From Candidatus Poribacteria bacterium (GTDB lineage Bacteria; Poribacteria; WGA-4E; WGA-3G), in NCBI GenBank assembly GCA_965217715.1, contig OZ244563.1:405116-469115 (forward strand): 64,000 bases of DNA, in the 5' to 3' direction. A model generated the notes under the pieces. It saw nothing but the letters and a program-made list of their open reading frames with translations. It ran no database searches and was not told the origin of the DNA. The number at the start of each line of letters is the position of its first letter. The first letter of the stretch is position 1. Position numbers and translations under genes: made by a program. Below are positions 32,301 to 40,324 of this stretch, piece by piece.

Positions 32301-32793
32301 AATCCCCTTCTCCAAAATAGTGTGTTTTGTTGACCTCAATTGTCACGGATTGGTCAATTTTTACTTGTAGGTTTGAATCCATAGGCAGATCGATACCTTT
32401 GGTTTCCGTTTTGGGACGCGGTTTCCAATCGTAAAGTTCGGAGAGGTTACCGAGATCGGGTGGATATTTCCAGCGACGTAGTGTCTCTAAGTATGGCATC
32501 AGTATCTGATGACGCAAAGATATACCTGAATCTATATCTTCAGCTGTTGATGGGTCGTCTGTTGTTTTCGTTTTTGATTCGCTCTGAGACCACGTATTTT
32601 CTACTTTTTTGGGTTTCTTGCTAAAGGGATTCTCAACTGGAGTCGGAGTGGGTGTTTCCTCTTGAATAGGTGGAGTAGGTTCGTCTTTTTCCGCAGTGAA
32701 GGCAGGTTGTACAAAAACAAGAAAACTGAACGCAAGGAGAATCAGGAATCTATATCTATGTGAGGGCTTTGGCTTCAAAAGAATATGCTCCAT
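26314..32793 (-). CDS. giant (~2160 aa) secreted outer-membrane protein; possible SprA-like T9SS translocon or surface beta-barrel
   Basis: Signal peptide. Two Gly/Ser/Tyr-rich low-complexity blocks (GGYSYGSYGDYGSG..., GFGGGGYSSFGSFGG...). Calcium-binding Asp repeats (DADADGHLDSEDL..DTNGDGIVDALDLDLE..DSEDLNGDGVLD). Repeated 'DY-INYETGEIEFL' / 'TDYMMVYEVGSIRFF' segments reminiscent of SprA N-region repeats. A long C-terminal amphipathic beta-rich region ends in ...TVRGQFE. The SprA assignment is recalled from motif patterns and has not been searched. Confidence 0.45.
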   Translation of the reverse strand: MEHILLKPKPSHRYRFLILLAFSFLVFVQPAFTAEKDEPTPPIQEETPTPTPVENPFSKKPKKVENTWSQSESKTKTTDDPSTAEDIDSGISLRHQILMPYLETLRRWKYPPDLGNLSELYDWKPRPKTETKGIDLPMDSNLQVKIDQSVTIEVNKTHYFGEGDLNRYGGYSYGSYGDYGSGLDLGLTSSYSYEDFGYSSGFGGGYDSFGSSYGSGYSSYGGYSSYGRSGIPRSTGINIRQSQTIGLHGRVGERTHIAVDYNAGDTYGGGYGSSYGGYGLGGAKEQKIKIWYEGKPESFIKTISFGDITLSLPNTRFLNINRNLFGLEGVFEYKNTRMTLFGSRSKGVREVRTFRGQSRRASFGYGPRGIQIVDANYVKNRYYLIHQGEDGLLHDAYLPIKQGSVEIYIDDSVVGNNQGGQRTSQGYFNQQFPGQDYNINYETGEIEFLSSISPSYTIVVAYEYLGDGGGSVGNPGNVFADENGDGSIDEEGEEVGYVVLKAKGFRGTVADNVYFLSNRNINPRDFQLTIIRQGESETFQTDAGLVPYIEIFGLDQNGDGIVDPEYIDYDRGLLRFPNLHPFQISDPQHPYYRYRDSLNNEAIYLESLRSTDHVYTIVADYSYQSETYQVGLFVIPNSETVRLNGRVLTRDTDYMMVYEVGSIRFFTELDEFDEIVVEFEKTPFGGSQQAVAGVWLEYTHKPKPKSEREQNLEDRFNRLGGMQISQTGLDSNLTNDPFSGGFSRSGTFSGRGMNNSGIGRSSFGSGFGGGGYSSFGSFGGRSRIGPSYSGGYGTGMNYFNPVFQKGFNVSTGYILTTGQKPAQIPNVNEVPNRLQAFNINTSFGREFNMAWLINPLPFVNVQYFPLSIDFSGESAYSHNNPNSVGVALIDSMEGVKETTTIPTIKYSWKPSSVPYIRESTQTGTPIHNYTVLPTQENRALFDVVLKDREEAEAVGNYMRNRDVPASSIQPLSLSTEERLIMEIGYDFTDVVEEWGGFSNGVSKSGVDYSERGFVEMWLRVQGDDDVTLYLNLGAVNEDADADGHLDSEDLPQTLEDTNGDGIVDALDLDLENLPDAHRYRGNGALDTGEDVGWSYDGPFEPKSFGGNNQILDSEDLNGDGVLDSVDAYFQVAIPLNEIPNEWVKGKNQNGWTFLSIPLSKFLPEGSRVPSLVFVQHFRFWLMKNRPGSVKGTFQWASIEIVGNKWEQGIVTKSFAETTTGLSDRQVVQDTLEKFIVGTKDNFSFDDYQSAYIEIEDDELFRKLHPFTATSLGFQTQQQREQTLSLEYYLYPDSYGITSKQLRGFSQSEGQDFSRHDTLRLWLYGDKSHTTFVLQLAPSVRTGYRSSFYSSDPFLNRPQQEQDVNIFENLTDYYEYTVPIDFEGWKLIEIDLQDNVRNEYPDRVADQNVDTETPNQLQSSPIENAPDGHPDGFSVRGSETGVSRTQLSIKNIGGILLGIRNDTDREISGEVWVNEIHLGDPLVRSGWARRGNMAVSLGSVIQLRGGYASQDKDFESGAGEIGRQRLSSRGYSTTNNDYNIDADVTIFTWLPIRYSIREQESETEALRGSYSSFVSGKSETLNRDVSVQFNRNPFPNLGFSYNYQDFWNERQGTQISHLYTGTFRYNLGSKLGFNVQYRHEDILAKPETATDTATTSTSYYSYGYGRNRDEKTDSGSITLNISPITVFSLSPSYDVRRTLEKRDPNRYRTSFLGDGVTNTNFSVEEDSNEEIPLYFSIAEREHRLSLTPRLNRDLIGLRPTVTSRVSFRENWFNVKKDASLNGNVNLGLNLRIQKWFGWLFNKEKPETVALEESQDGMIEKSDQQTPIEQRLEKLRDKGVDETQIQKIVEDQNDWINRDKAEMEQKQRPSPAATGSLATQQPKPEGFLQRIINTFTINTNATFTASESFRQLESGQSLIDIWELDREAEERTNSRNSNRYTVRTSVDPWKWFSFGTNISTSDSFRKSYGSTYTSHAETYEGDVKLNAQQATSFQLRYSYTIRKSGNLVVTLSDSAAHTPSLSWLHKWSEETRTSLGIRTTLRDHLRSGIESKAFIVTPNFSIDYRYRTEGGIRVPFFGRIQLKHDIDLTNTLSLAIRRENYGANKEERSERYETTLRAGYKLSDHLTANLHLGLSYNHDRVEEGRDYLSVASALTVRGQFE

Positions 32794-32970
32794 CAATGTT
32801 TATTGTTATATGATAGTATTGTAACGGAGAAGCAAAAAGTAGGTTTACGTTTAGACAGAAAAACATTTGACATCCAAAAGAAAACCTGTTATAATTATTA
32901 TTTCTTTTTTTACTGGGAAATCTAAATTATACCGTTTCTAATTGATCGCTTTTCATTAACAACAAAAAAC

Positions 32971-33005
32971 GCGTTTAATCGCAATTCATTGCGCCTCGGA
33001 CATTC
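32971..33005 (+). repeat. family-2 hairpin repeat, variant (GCGTTTAATCGCAATTCATTGCGCCTCGGACATT)
   Basis: Shares GCAATTCATTGCGCCTC with the other copies and CTCGGACATT with copy 44115. Confidence 0.6.
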
Positions 33006-33097
33006 TTCAGCTCTGCTTGAACCGATAATTTCACAATGAAGTCTCATCTTTTAGAAATGGTATTAGAATCAGCGGATATGGGTACTCGGAGGCAATT

Positions 33098-34033
33098 ATG
33101 CACCTAATTACACTAAAAGACTGGTCAGAATCGGATATCCTTGAAACTATAGAAAACTGCCTGGAGATCAAAAATTATCCTGAGAAATATAGACACGCTG
33201 CTGGTGGGTTGAGTCTTGCATTACTCTTCCAAAAGACCTCTACCCGTACACGATGTGCCGGAGAAATTGGCATCGTGCAGCTTGGTGGACACGCGCACTA
33301 TTTAGACTGGCGAACAACCAACTTTGGCTTGGCAGACCTCAGCGATGAAATTCGCGTCCTTTCAGCGTACGTTGATATAACTTTAGCGCGATTTCTCAAA
33401 CATGATGATATCTGTGAGGCAGCAGCAGCATCTGTTCCAATGATTAACGGTTGTTGCGATAGATACCATCCATCACAAGCACTCGGTGATCTCATGTCAA
33501 TAAAAGAACACCTTGGTAAGTTAGAAGGGATAAAAGTTTGCTTTATCGGTGTTCATAACAACGTTTGTAATTCACTGATTGCCGCGGGAATGAAGGTTGG
33601 GTTAGAAGTGACTGTCATTGCACCAGAGGTAAACCCTGCCGCAGTTGATAAGGAATTATGGTCCGAAGCGGCACAAAAAGGTTGCTATAAACCGGTTTCA
33701 ACAGATTCAATTGATAGTGCCATAGAACTGCAAGAAGTCATCGCGCAAAATGATGTTGTCTACACAGATACGTGGATAGATATGGAATTCTTCACGGATC
33801 CGGATTTTGCTGAGGAGCGGGAACGACGCATGAAAATGATGATGCCTTATCAATTGAATTCTGCACTTCTTAAGGGACTTGATTGTAAGATAATGCACTG
33901 TCTTCCTGCACATCGCGGGTATGAAATTGCTGGTGAACTCCTTGACGATCCACGAGCAATTATCTTTGAACAATCCGAAAACCGCCTGCACAGCATGAAA
34001 GCCATTATCCTTAAGTTGCTTGGACGTTCATAA
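33098..34033 (+). CDS. ornithine-carbamoyltransferase-like transcarbamylase with atypical second-substrate motif
   Basis: Carbamoyl-phosphate motifs STRTR (SxRTR), HPSQAL (HPxQ) and HCLPAHRG (HCLP, OTCase-type rather than the ATCase HPLP) are all present. The ornithine-binding DxxxSMG is replaced by 'YTDTWIDMEF'. GGAGG RBS. Confidence 0.7.
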   Translation: MHLITLKDWSESDILETIENCLEIKNYPEKYRHAAGGLSLALLFQKTSTRTRCAGEIGIVQLGGHAHYLDWRTTNFGLADLSDEIRVLSAYVDITLARFLKHDDICEAAAASVPMINGCCDRYHPSQALGDLMSIKEHLGKLEGIKVCFIGVHNNVCNSLIAAGMKVGLEVTVIAPEVNPAAVDKELWSEAAQKGCYKPVSTDSIDSAIELQEVIAQNDVVYTDTWIDMEFFTDPDFAEERERRMKMMMPYQLNSALLKGLDCKIMHCLPAHRGYEIAGELLDDPRAIIFEQSENRLHSMKAIILKLLGRS

Positions 34034-34042
34034 AATTAAAGC

Positions 34043-35194
34043 ATGAAAACGTATTTAAGAAATCTTGAGTGCAGCAGCTGCGGTGAAATCTATCCCCACG
34101 AAATACCTCAGAATGTATGTCAATCGTGTGGGAAACCGTTGTTTGCGCGCTACGCGCTTGAACAATTAGTTAATACTTGGAAACCTGAACACCTTCTGTC
34201 AAGACCTCCATCGTTATGGCGATATAGAGAACTTCTGCCCATCTGCGCTGATGAACATATTGTCTCACTTGGAGAGACAATGACTCCACTTATTCATGCC
34301 AAAAGACTTGGCAGTCAACTTGGTTTGCCAGAACTCTGGATAAAGGATGAGTCTCGCTTACCGACTGGAAGTTTCAAGGCGCGCGGTTTAGCGATGGCTG
34401 TTTCCAAAGCGAAAGAACTCGGCATCAGCAAATTGGCTATACCGTCTGCGGGAAATGCAGCAACAGCGTTGTCGGTATATGCTGCGTGTGCTGGTATCCC
34501 TGCTCACATTTTTATGCCGAAAGATACCCCTATCTTTAATCAAGAAACTTGTCGACTTGCAGGGTCAAACGTCACACTGATTGATGGCTTGATTACAGAT
34601 GCAGGCAAAATAGTTGCTGATAGAAAAAAAGATGCAGGATGGTTTGATGTCTCAACCCTCAAAGAGCCTTATCGTGTTGAAGGAAAAAAGACGATGGGCT
34701 TTGAACTTGCGGAGCAGTTCGGTTGGAAACTGCCAGATGTAGTAATCTATCCTACAGGCGGTGGTACAGGTATTGTAGGGATGTGGAAAGCGTTTGCTGA
34801 ATTGGAGGCAATCGGTTGGATTGGTGAGAAAAGACCTCGGTTTATCTCGGTTCAGGCGGCGGGTTGCGCTCCAATTGTCAAGGCGTGGGAGGAAAGGAAA
34901 ACTGCTGCTGAACCGTGGCAAGATGCACACACAGTTGCCAGCGGATTGCGGGTGCCACAAGCAATTGGTGATTTTCTGATTTTAGAAGCCATTTACAAAA
35001 GTGAAGGAGCTGCAGTTGCTGTTACTGATGACGCAATTGGTGAGGCGATGCACTTGTTACCAACGACTGAAGGCATTTTGACCTGTCCTGAAGGCGCTGC
35101 AACAGTCGCTGCATTAAAACCGCTCAAAGCGAACGGAATTATTAAGTCAACTGAACAGATTGTGCTTTTTAACACTGGCGGCTATCAGGCATAG
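34043..35194 (+). CDS. thrC: threonine synthase (short archaeal/thermophile-type, PLP fold II)
   Basis: N-terminal Zn-ribbon-like 'CSSCGEIYPHEIPQNVCQSCGKP' and the PLP lysine motif 'TGSFKARGLAMAVS', plus glycine-rich 'PTGGGTGIVGMW'. It starts 9 nt after the transcarbamylase stop. Confidence 0.75.
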   Translation: MKTYLRNLECSSCGEIYPHEIPQNVCQSCGKPLFARYALEQLVNTWKPEHLLSRPPSLWRYRELLPICADEHIVSLGETMTPLIHAKRLGSQLGLPELWIKDESRLPTGSFKARGLAMAVSKAKELGISKLAIPSAGNAATALSVYAACAGIPAHIFMPKDTPIFNQETCRLAGSNVTLIDGLITDAGKIVADRKKDAGWFDVSTLKEPYRVEGKKTMGFELAEQFGWKLPDVVIYPTGGGTGIVGMWKAFAELEAIGWIGEKRPRFISVQAAGCAPIVKAWEERKTAAEPWQDAHTVASGLRVPQAIGDFLILEAIYKSEGAAVAVTDDAIGEAMHLLPTTEGILTCPEGAATVAALKPLKANGIIKSTEQIVLFNTGGYQA

Positions 35195-35245
35195 GAGAGA
35201 TTGAAACTATGGTAGAGATTAGAATTAACTCTACATTCTTGAACT

Positions 35246-35310
35246 GTAGGAGGGAACTCCGATTCCCGACTGCTCCTAAGTTCGGTCGCGATTCGGAGAT
35301 CGCTCCTACA
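35246..35310. repeat. family-1 nested-palindrome element (GGGAA arm first) just downstream of thrC
   Basis: TGTAGGAGGGAACTCCGATTCCCGAC-tgctcctaagttcg-GTCGCGATTCGGAGATCGCTCCTACA. Confidence 0.85.
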
Positions 35311-35398
35311 GAGGAAATGTAGAATTATTTCTATAATCCACTATAAGTAGTGTCTCCATGGGTGCGTCAAACAAACGCACCCATGGAAATCGGTAATT

Positions 35399-36166
35399 TT
35401 ATCGATCGCGTTCAATGTAATCGTATCTTGGATTCTCTTTCTGATTAGGATTTTCACCTTCCATCAGTTCTGTTGGTTGAGGCGCGTTTCTTCGGTTGAT
35501 ACGAGGTCCGAATTTATAACTGTGAACTTTTACTATCGGATATGGCCCGTCAAATCCGACGATCTTACCCTGCACTTCGACCTCATTATTGTTTCTTGTA
35601 GCATCAATTCGCAGATCATCGAATTCTGGAGATGCTTTGAAAACAAACTTCTGACCACCGTTGCCTGCGTCGAGTGCCTGACGGACCTCAGAAGTTTGAG
35701 GTCTCCACCGTGCCCATCCAGGAATATCGCGGATACTACTTCGTGTGAAGCCGGGGTGTGAAAACATTCTACCTGTAATTGTGGCTTCAGTTTTAAGGAG
35801 GCGGACCTGTCCGAGTCCATGTCGTCCGCGATAACGCGTATCCTTCAACTGTCGCATAATGTTGTAGACATCAAAGGTATGTGTTCGGTTGTACTTTGTA
35901 TCACCTTGTCGCGGTTTTACTTCCACAACAGTTGTGAAATGTCTTGTTCTGCCGTTCTTATCTACGGGTGTATGGAATGTAATTTCTTTTGCGTCTGCCC
36001 ATGGCGACAACAACCTGCGGATTTTGATGGCATCCGCATTACTAACAACATCGGAAATTTCTATCTTCAGGGTTTGTAATTCTGCTACACTTTGCGTGCT
36101 AATGCCACTAAGCAGAAACAGAAACATTGTTACACAGATGATACTGCTGAAATATGCGCGTCTCAT
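35399..36166 (-). CDS. secreted hypothetical protein (no recognisable domain)
   Basis: Signal peptide MRRAYFSSIICVTMFLFLLSGIST, basic, 255 aa. It lies immediately outside the czc operon boundary repeats. Confidence 0.5.
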   Translation of the reverse strand: MRRAYFSSIICVTMFLFLLSGISTQSVAELQTLKIEISDVVSNADAIKIRRLLSPWADAKEITFHTPVDKNGRTRHFTTVVEVKPRQGDTKYNRTHTFDVYNIMRQLKDTRYRGRHGLGQVRLLKTEATITGRMFSHPGFTRSSIRDIPGWARWRPQTSEVRQALDAGNGGQKFVFKASPEFDDLRIDATRNNNEVEVQGKIVGFDGPYPIVKVHSYKFGPRINRRNAPQPTELMEGENPNQKENPRYDYIERDR

Positions 36167-36193
36167 AATGCGTTCTCCCTTGAATTTTTAATT

Positions 36194-36330
36194 TATGGTA
36201 GATTATTGAATTAATTAGACGTATTTATTTGTAGGAGGGAACTCCGATTCCCGACTATCAGTGAGTTTCGTCGCGATTCGGAGATCGCTCCTACAAGTGA
36301 AGTGTATAATTATTTCCATATTTCACCATA
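36194..36330. mobile_element. MITE-like element (~137 bp) carrying a family-1 palindrome core between imperfect TATGGTA... terminal inverted repeats
   Basis: TATGGTAGATTATTGAATTAATTAGACGTATTTAT-[core 36230..36295]-GTGAAGTGTATAATTATTTCCATATTTCACCATA. The left and right flanks are imperfect inverted repeats (TATGGTAGATTATTGAATTAATTA versus TATGGTGAAATATGGAAATAATTA). Near-identical copies at 36846..36982 and 42294..42430, and a half copy at 63851..63891. Confidence 0.75.
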
Positions 36331-36539
36331 ACAACCGTTATTTAGATTATACACTATTTCACAGAAAAGTTGCAAGGAATAATTATTGTAAGGTGATTTC
36401 AACCATAACAGAGAGAATTCATACCTGTAACGACTCCAATCTTATGCAAATTAACATGCTTCCAATTTATAGGTGTGGTTAGAAACCGTATCTATAAGCG
36501 TCAATTTAAGGATTTTAATTCTACTTTTTGGATATATGT

Positions 36540-36700
36540 ATAGCCTCGTAGAGGCGGTATGTTTATAGCAAACGGTGTCAGTCCTTCTTGAGCTCCGTAG
36601 GAGCGGTATGTGTATCCAATTGCGTCTCTATAAACATATCGTTCCTACGGAACTCAAGAGAAAGGTTAACGTTTTTTATAAACATATCGTTTCCGTCAAA
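36540..36700. repeat. family-3 repeat copy (ATGTTTATAG ... CTATAAACATATCGTTCCTACGGAAC), duplicated tail
   Basis: Related to 10086..10260. It also contains 'tggtgtggttagaaaccg(c/t)atcta' at 36473 and 36788, the inverse complement of 'ggtagatgcggtttcctaaccgcatc' at 43896. Confidence 0.6.
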
Positions 36701-36845
36701 TGCCTGATGTGCATTCGACGTTGATTCACGGAACTCAAGATGTAAAAATCGGGCTTAGAAAGCCCCCTACAAGAAAGACTATATGCCTATGGTGTGGTTA
36801 GAAACCGCATCTACCGTCTGGTAAATAGGATGAATACCGTTAATT

Positions 36846-36982
36846 TATGGTACGTTATTGAATTAATTAGACGTATTTATTTGTAGGAGGGAACTCCGAT
36901 TCCCGACTAAGATTGGCATTAGTCGCGATTCGGAGATCGCTCCTACAGGTGAAGTGTATAATTATTTCCATATTTCACCATA
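36846..36982. mobile_element. MITE-like element, copy 2 (family-1 core 36882..36947)
   Basis: Same termini and core as 36194..36330. The ~500 bp between the two copies is filled with other repeat families and no credible ORF. Confidence 0.75.
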
Positions 36983-37049
36983 GTATTACATTTTGTATAG
37001 ATATGTCACTGAAGTATAACGTCTTCAACAACCGTTTGTTGACAGGTAT

Positions 37050-40000
37050 CTATTCTTCAGCATTCCGTTTTTCAACAAGATAATACAACGCTGGTAAAAC
37101 AAGCAGCGTCAGAAAGGTCGCGGTAATCATGCCGCCGCTGATGACAATGGCAAGCGGCTTCTGGAGTTCTGCACCTGAACCGTGTGCAAGCGCAAGGGGC
37201 AGCATCCCTAACCCTGTTGTCAAGGCTGTCATTAGGACTGGACTAATTCGTTCGGATGCTCCCTTCATCACAGCGTCAAATAGCGACATGCCTTCCTTGC
37301 GTAGTGCATTGATATGTGAAACCAAGATGATGCCGTTACGCACTGCGATGCCGAACAAAAGAATAAAACCTACCATAGACGGAATACTCAGCACTCCGCC
37401 AGTGAGGAAAACACTGACAACACCACCGATTAACGCCAACGGTAGGTTCAGTATCACTAATATTGAAAGCCGCATTGAACCCATCGCAAGATACAGTAAA
37501 ATAAAGATACCGATAAAAACAAAACCTGTTTGAATTAGGATACGTCTTTGCGCTCTCTGTTGACTTTCAAACTGTCCACCATAGGTGAGAAAATATTCAT
37601 CAGGTATATCAACATGCGCCTCAATTTCTTTTTGAACTTCAGCAATAAAGTTACCAAGGTCCCTATTTTGCACATTACATTGGATCACGATACGACGAGA
37701 GACGTTCTCGCGATTGATGGTATTCGGTCCGAAGCCAAAACCGACATCAGCAACCTGTTTCAATGGGATGAATGCGCCTGAAGACGTTCGTAGTTTCAGA
37801 TTGCCAAATGATTCAACGGTTTTGACAAGTGTTGGGTCAATCCGAACAACAAGGTCATACTGCCGTTGTCCTTGTATAATTTGACTGACTGTCTCGCCTT
37901 TGAAAGCCGCTTCAGCAAAGTGTGTTATGTCTTGAACGCTTAAGCCGTAACGTGCTGCTTCAAGACGTTTAACTTTGATTTGCAATTGTTCAACCTGCAC
38001 TTGTTGTTCAACCTGTAAATCTGCAACACCATCAATCCCGGACATGACTGCTTCGATTTCCTCGGCTTTCTGTCTTAGCGTATCAAGGTCAGGTCCGAAA
38101 AGTTTCAGTGCCACTTGCGCGCTAACACCCGACAACAAATGGTCAAGACGGTGTTGAATCGGTTGACCAACGGATACTTGGACACCCGGAAAGTTTTCTG
38201 TTGAGAGCAGCTCCCGCACTTCAGTAAGAAGTTCTTCACGTGTTTTTTCACGTTCATCGGGTGGAATGAAGTTAACCACAATTTCATGCGTATTCACATC
38301 GTGTGCATGTTCGTCCGCTTCGGCGCGTCCTGTTCGACTACTGACACTTGTCACCTCCGAAATATCCCTCAACCTTGTTTCCATCTCACGACCAATACGT
38401 GTAGATTCATTCAACGAAGTTCCAGGTGGTGAAAACACGCTGATAGTAAACGTAGCTTCATCCATCACAGGCAAAAACTCTCTTCCTAAACGAGGAATCG
38501 CCATTAAAGTCAGTATTACCAGTACCGATGCAACTGCCACTACAAGCCAACGTAAACGTATAACCAATGAGAGAATAGGACGATACGCGCGTTTGATCCA
38601 CATCACAACAGGCTGGAGCGTTAAGGCAGTCTCAACATCTGAATCAGGTGCCAATGCGACAACAAACAACCGCCATCGTACTAAAAGGTTGCGAAAAACG
38701 TTAGAAGCCCGTTTGCCTGAAGAATCAGCTCCTGGAATGGGTTCATGCAAAGGTATATCTCTGACGCGTCCTAAAAGTAGATCACTTAAAACTGGAACCA
38801 CTGTTAAAGCAACGAGCAACGATGCTGCCATTGAAATCACAACAGCCCAACCGAGCGGACGAAACATTCTGCCCTCAATGCCGCTCAGACTGAACAGTGG
38901 TAAAAACACGAGGATAATAATCAACGTTGCAAAAACGATGGATACACGCATCTCATCGCTTGCGCGTGTCACAACTTGTGTCGGTGTTTCGTCTGTCTCA
39001 TTCCCTAAATCACGTAGATGAAAATACTCCTGCAAGCGCCGAAAGATATTTTCTACGTAGACAATTGCATCGTCAACCACCATACCAACAGCAATTGCTA
39101 AGCCTGCAAGCGTCATAATGTTGAGAGTGCTTCCCTGTAAACGCAGCACAATGATAGCGATAATCAGCGATAACGGAATAGCAGTCAGTGTAATCAGTGC
39201 GGTGCGGATATTGAAGAGGAAGATAATTAGGACAACAACAACAAGAATTGCACCATCCCGCAGCGCTTCTTTGACGGTATCCACAGCGCGGCGAATTAAA
39301 TCAGCTTGTGCGTACTCAACTTCTATCTTTACATTCTCTGGTAGCGACTTCTCCAACGATTTCAGTTCTGATTTAACTTCGTCGCTGAGGGTAAGCGTAT
39401 TGATACCGGGTTGCTTCACGACCTTACCTAAAACGGTTTCTTCACCGTTGCGGCTTCCAGCGCCACGACGGATTTCTGGAAGCGATCCAATTTTGACTGT
39501 TGCGATATCTTTGACGAGGATAGGTGTGTTGTGTTTCCGTACATCAATTACAACATTTTCAATGTCGGCAACCGAGGAAATCCGTCCTAATCCTCTGATC
39601 ATCAGCTCACGCGCGTCTTTGATGAGAAATCCGCCTGCTGCATTATCGTTGCTCTTTTCAAGTGCGTGTGCAACATCTTCAAGTGAAATGCCGTAGCTTA
39701 CCAACCGTTCAGGATTAACGAAAACTTGAAATTGTTTGATATAACCTCCAATGTTAATTACATTGGCGATCCCACCCTGTGATTGGAGTCGGTACCGTAT
39801 CACCCAGTCTGCTATGTCGCGCATTTCCATCGGATCCAGTTTGTCTTTTTCATCTGATTCATCAATGAGCGCGTATTCCATAATCTCTCCCAAGAGGGAA
39901 GAGGTGGGTAAAATAATTGGAGCATCAACGCCTTCTGGTAAATTCGGTGCAACGAGTTGCAGTCGTTCAGAAACCATCTGCCGCGCCAGAAAAATATCCA

Positions 40001-40301
40001 TCCCCCATTCAAATTCAACGAAAACGAGGGATAAACCGATCGCTGATGATGAGCGAACCCGTGTAACATCTGGCGCGCCGTTCATTGAACTTTCTATCGG
40101 TAACGTCACAAGGGTTTCCATCTCCTCAGGAGACCATCCATGTGCTTCTGTTAGGACAGTAATCCGAGGTGGATTGATGTCGGGGTAAACGTCAATTGGC
40201 GCCGTTTGGAACATCCTAAAGCCGATTATGACTACAGCGATGAGTCCACAAATAACAAGTAGTCTATTCCTAAGCGACGCTTCGGTGATTTTTGACCACA
40301 T
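37050..40301 (-). CDS. heavy-metal efflux RND transporter, CzcA/CusA (HME) family
   Basis: 1083 aa with 12 TM segments and two large periplasmic loops, characteristic HME-RND length, N-terminal 'RNRLLVICGLIAVVIIG' and a conserved TM4 region 'AIAVGMVVDDAIVYVENIFRRL'. Strong GGAGGA RBS. Confidence 0.9.
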   Translation of the reverse strand: MWSKITEASLRNRLLVICGLIAVVIIGFRMFQTAPIDVYPDINPPRITVLTEAHGWSPEEMETLVTLPIESSMNGAPDVTRVRSSSAIGLSLVFVEFEWGMDIFLARQMVSERLQLVAPNLPEGVDAPIILPTSSLLGEIMEYALIDESDEKDKLDPMEMRDIADWVIRYRLQSQGGIANVINIGGYIKQFQVFVNPERLVSYGISLEDVAHALEKSNDNAAGGFLIKDARELMIRGLGRISSVADIENVVIDVRKHNTPILVKDIATVKIGSLPEIRRGAGSRNGEETVLGKVVKQPGINTLTLSDEVKSELKSLEKSLPENVKIEVEYAQADLIRRAVDTVKEALRDGAILVVVVLIIFLFNIRTALITLTAIPLSLIIAIIVLRLQGSTLNIMTLAGLAIAVGMVVDDAIVYVENIFRRLQEYFHLRDLGNETDETPTQVVTRASDEMRVSIVFATLIIILVFLPLFSLSGIEGRMFRPLGWAVVISMAASLLVALTVVPVLSDLLLGRVRDIPLHEPIPGADSSGKRASNVFRNLLVRWRLFVVALAPDSDVETALTLQPVVMWIKRAYRPILSLVIRLRWLVVAVASVLVILTLMAIPRLGREFLPVMDEATFTISVFSPPGTSLNESTRIGREMETRLRDISEVTSVSSRTGRAEADEHAHDVNTHEIVVNFIPPDEREKTREELLTEVRELLSTENFPGVQVSVGQPIQHRLDHLLSGVSAQVALKLFGPDLDTLRQKAEEIEAVMSGIDGVADLQVEQQVQVEQLQIKVKRLEAARYGLSVQDITHFAEAAFKGETVSQIIQGQRQYDLVVRIDPTLVKTVESFGNLKLRTSSGAFIPLKQVADVGFGFGPNTINRENVSRRIVIQCNVQNRDLGNFIAEVQKEIEAHVDIPDEYFLTYGGQFESQQRAQRRILIQTGFVFIGIFILLYLAMGSMRLSILVILNLPLALIGGVVSVFLTGGVLSIPSMVGFILLFGIAVRNGIILVSHINALRKEGMSLFDAVMKGASERISPVLMTALTTGLGMLPLALAHGSGAELQKPLAIVISGGMITATFLTLLVLPALYYLVEKRNAEE

Positions 40302-40324
40302 TGATTTTCCTCCTTAGAACTAAA

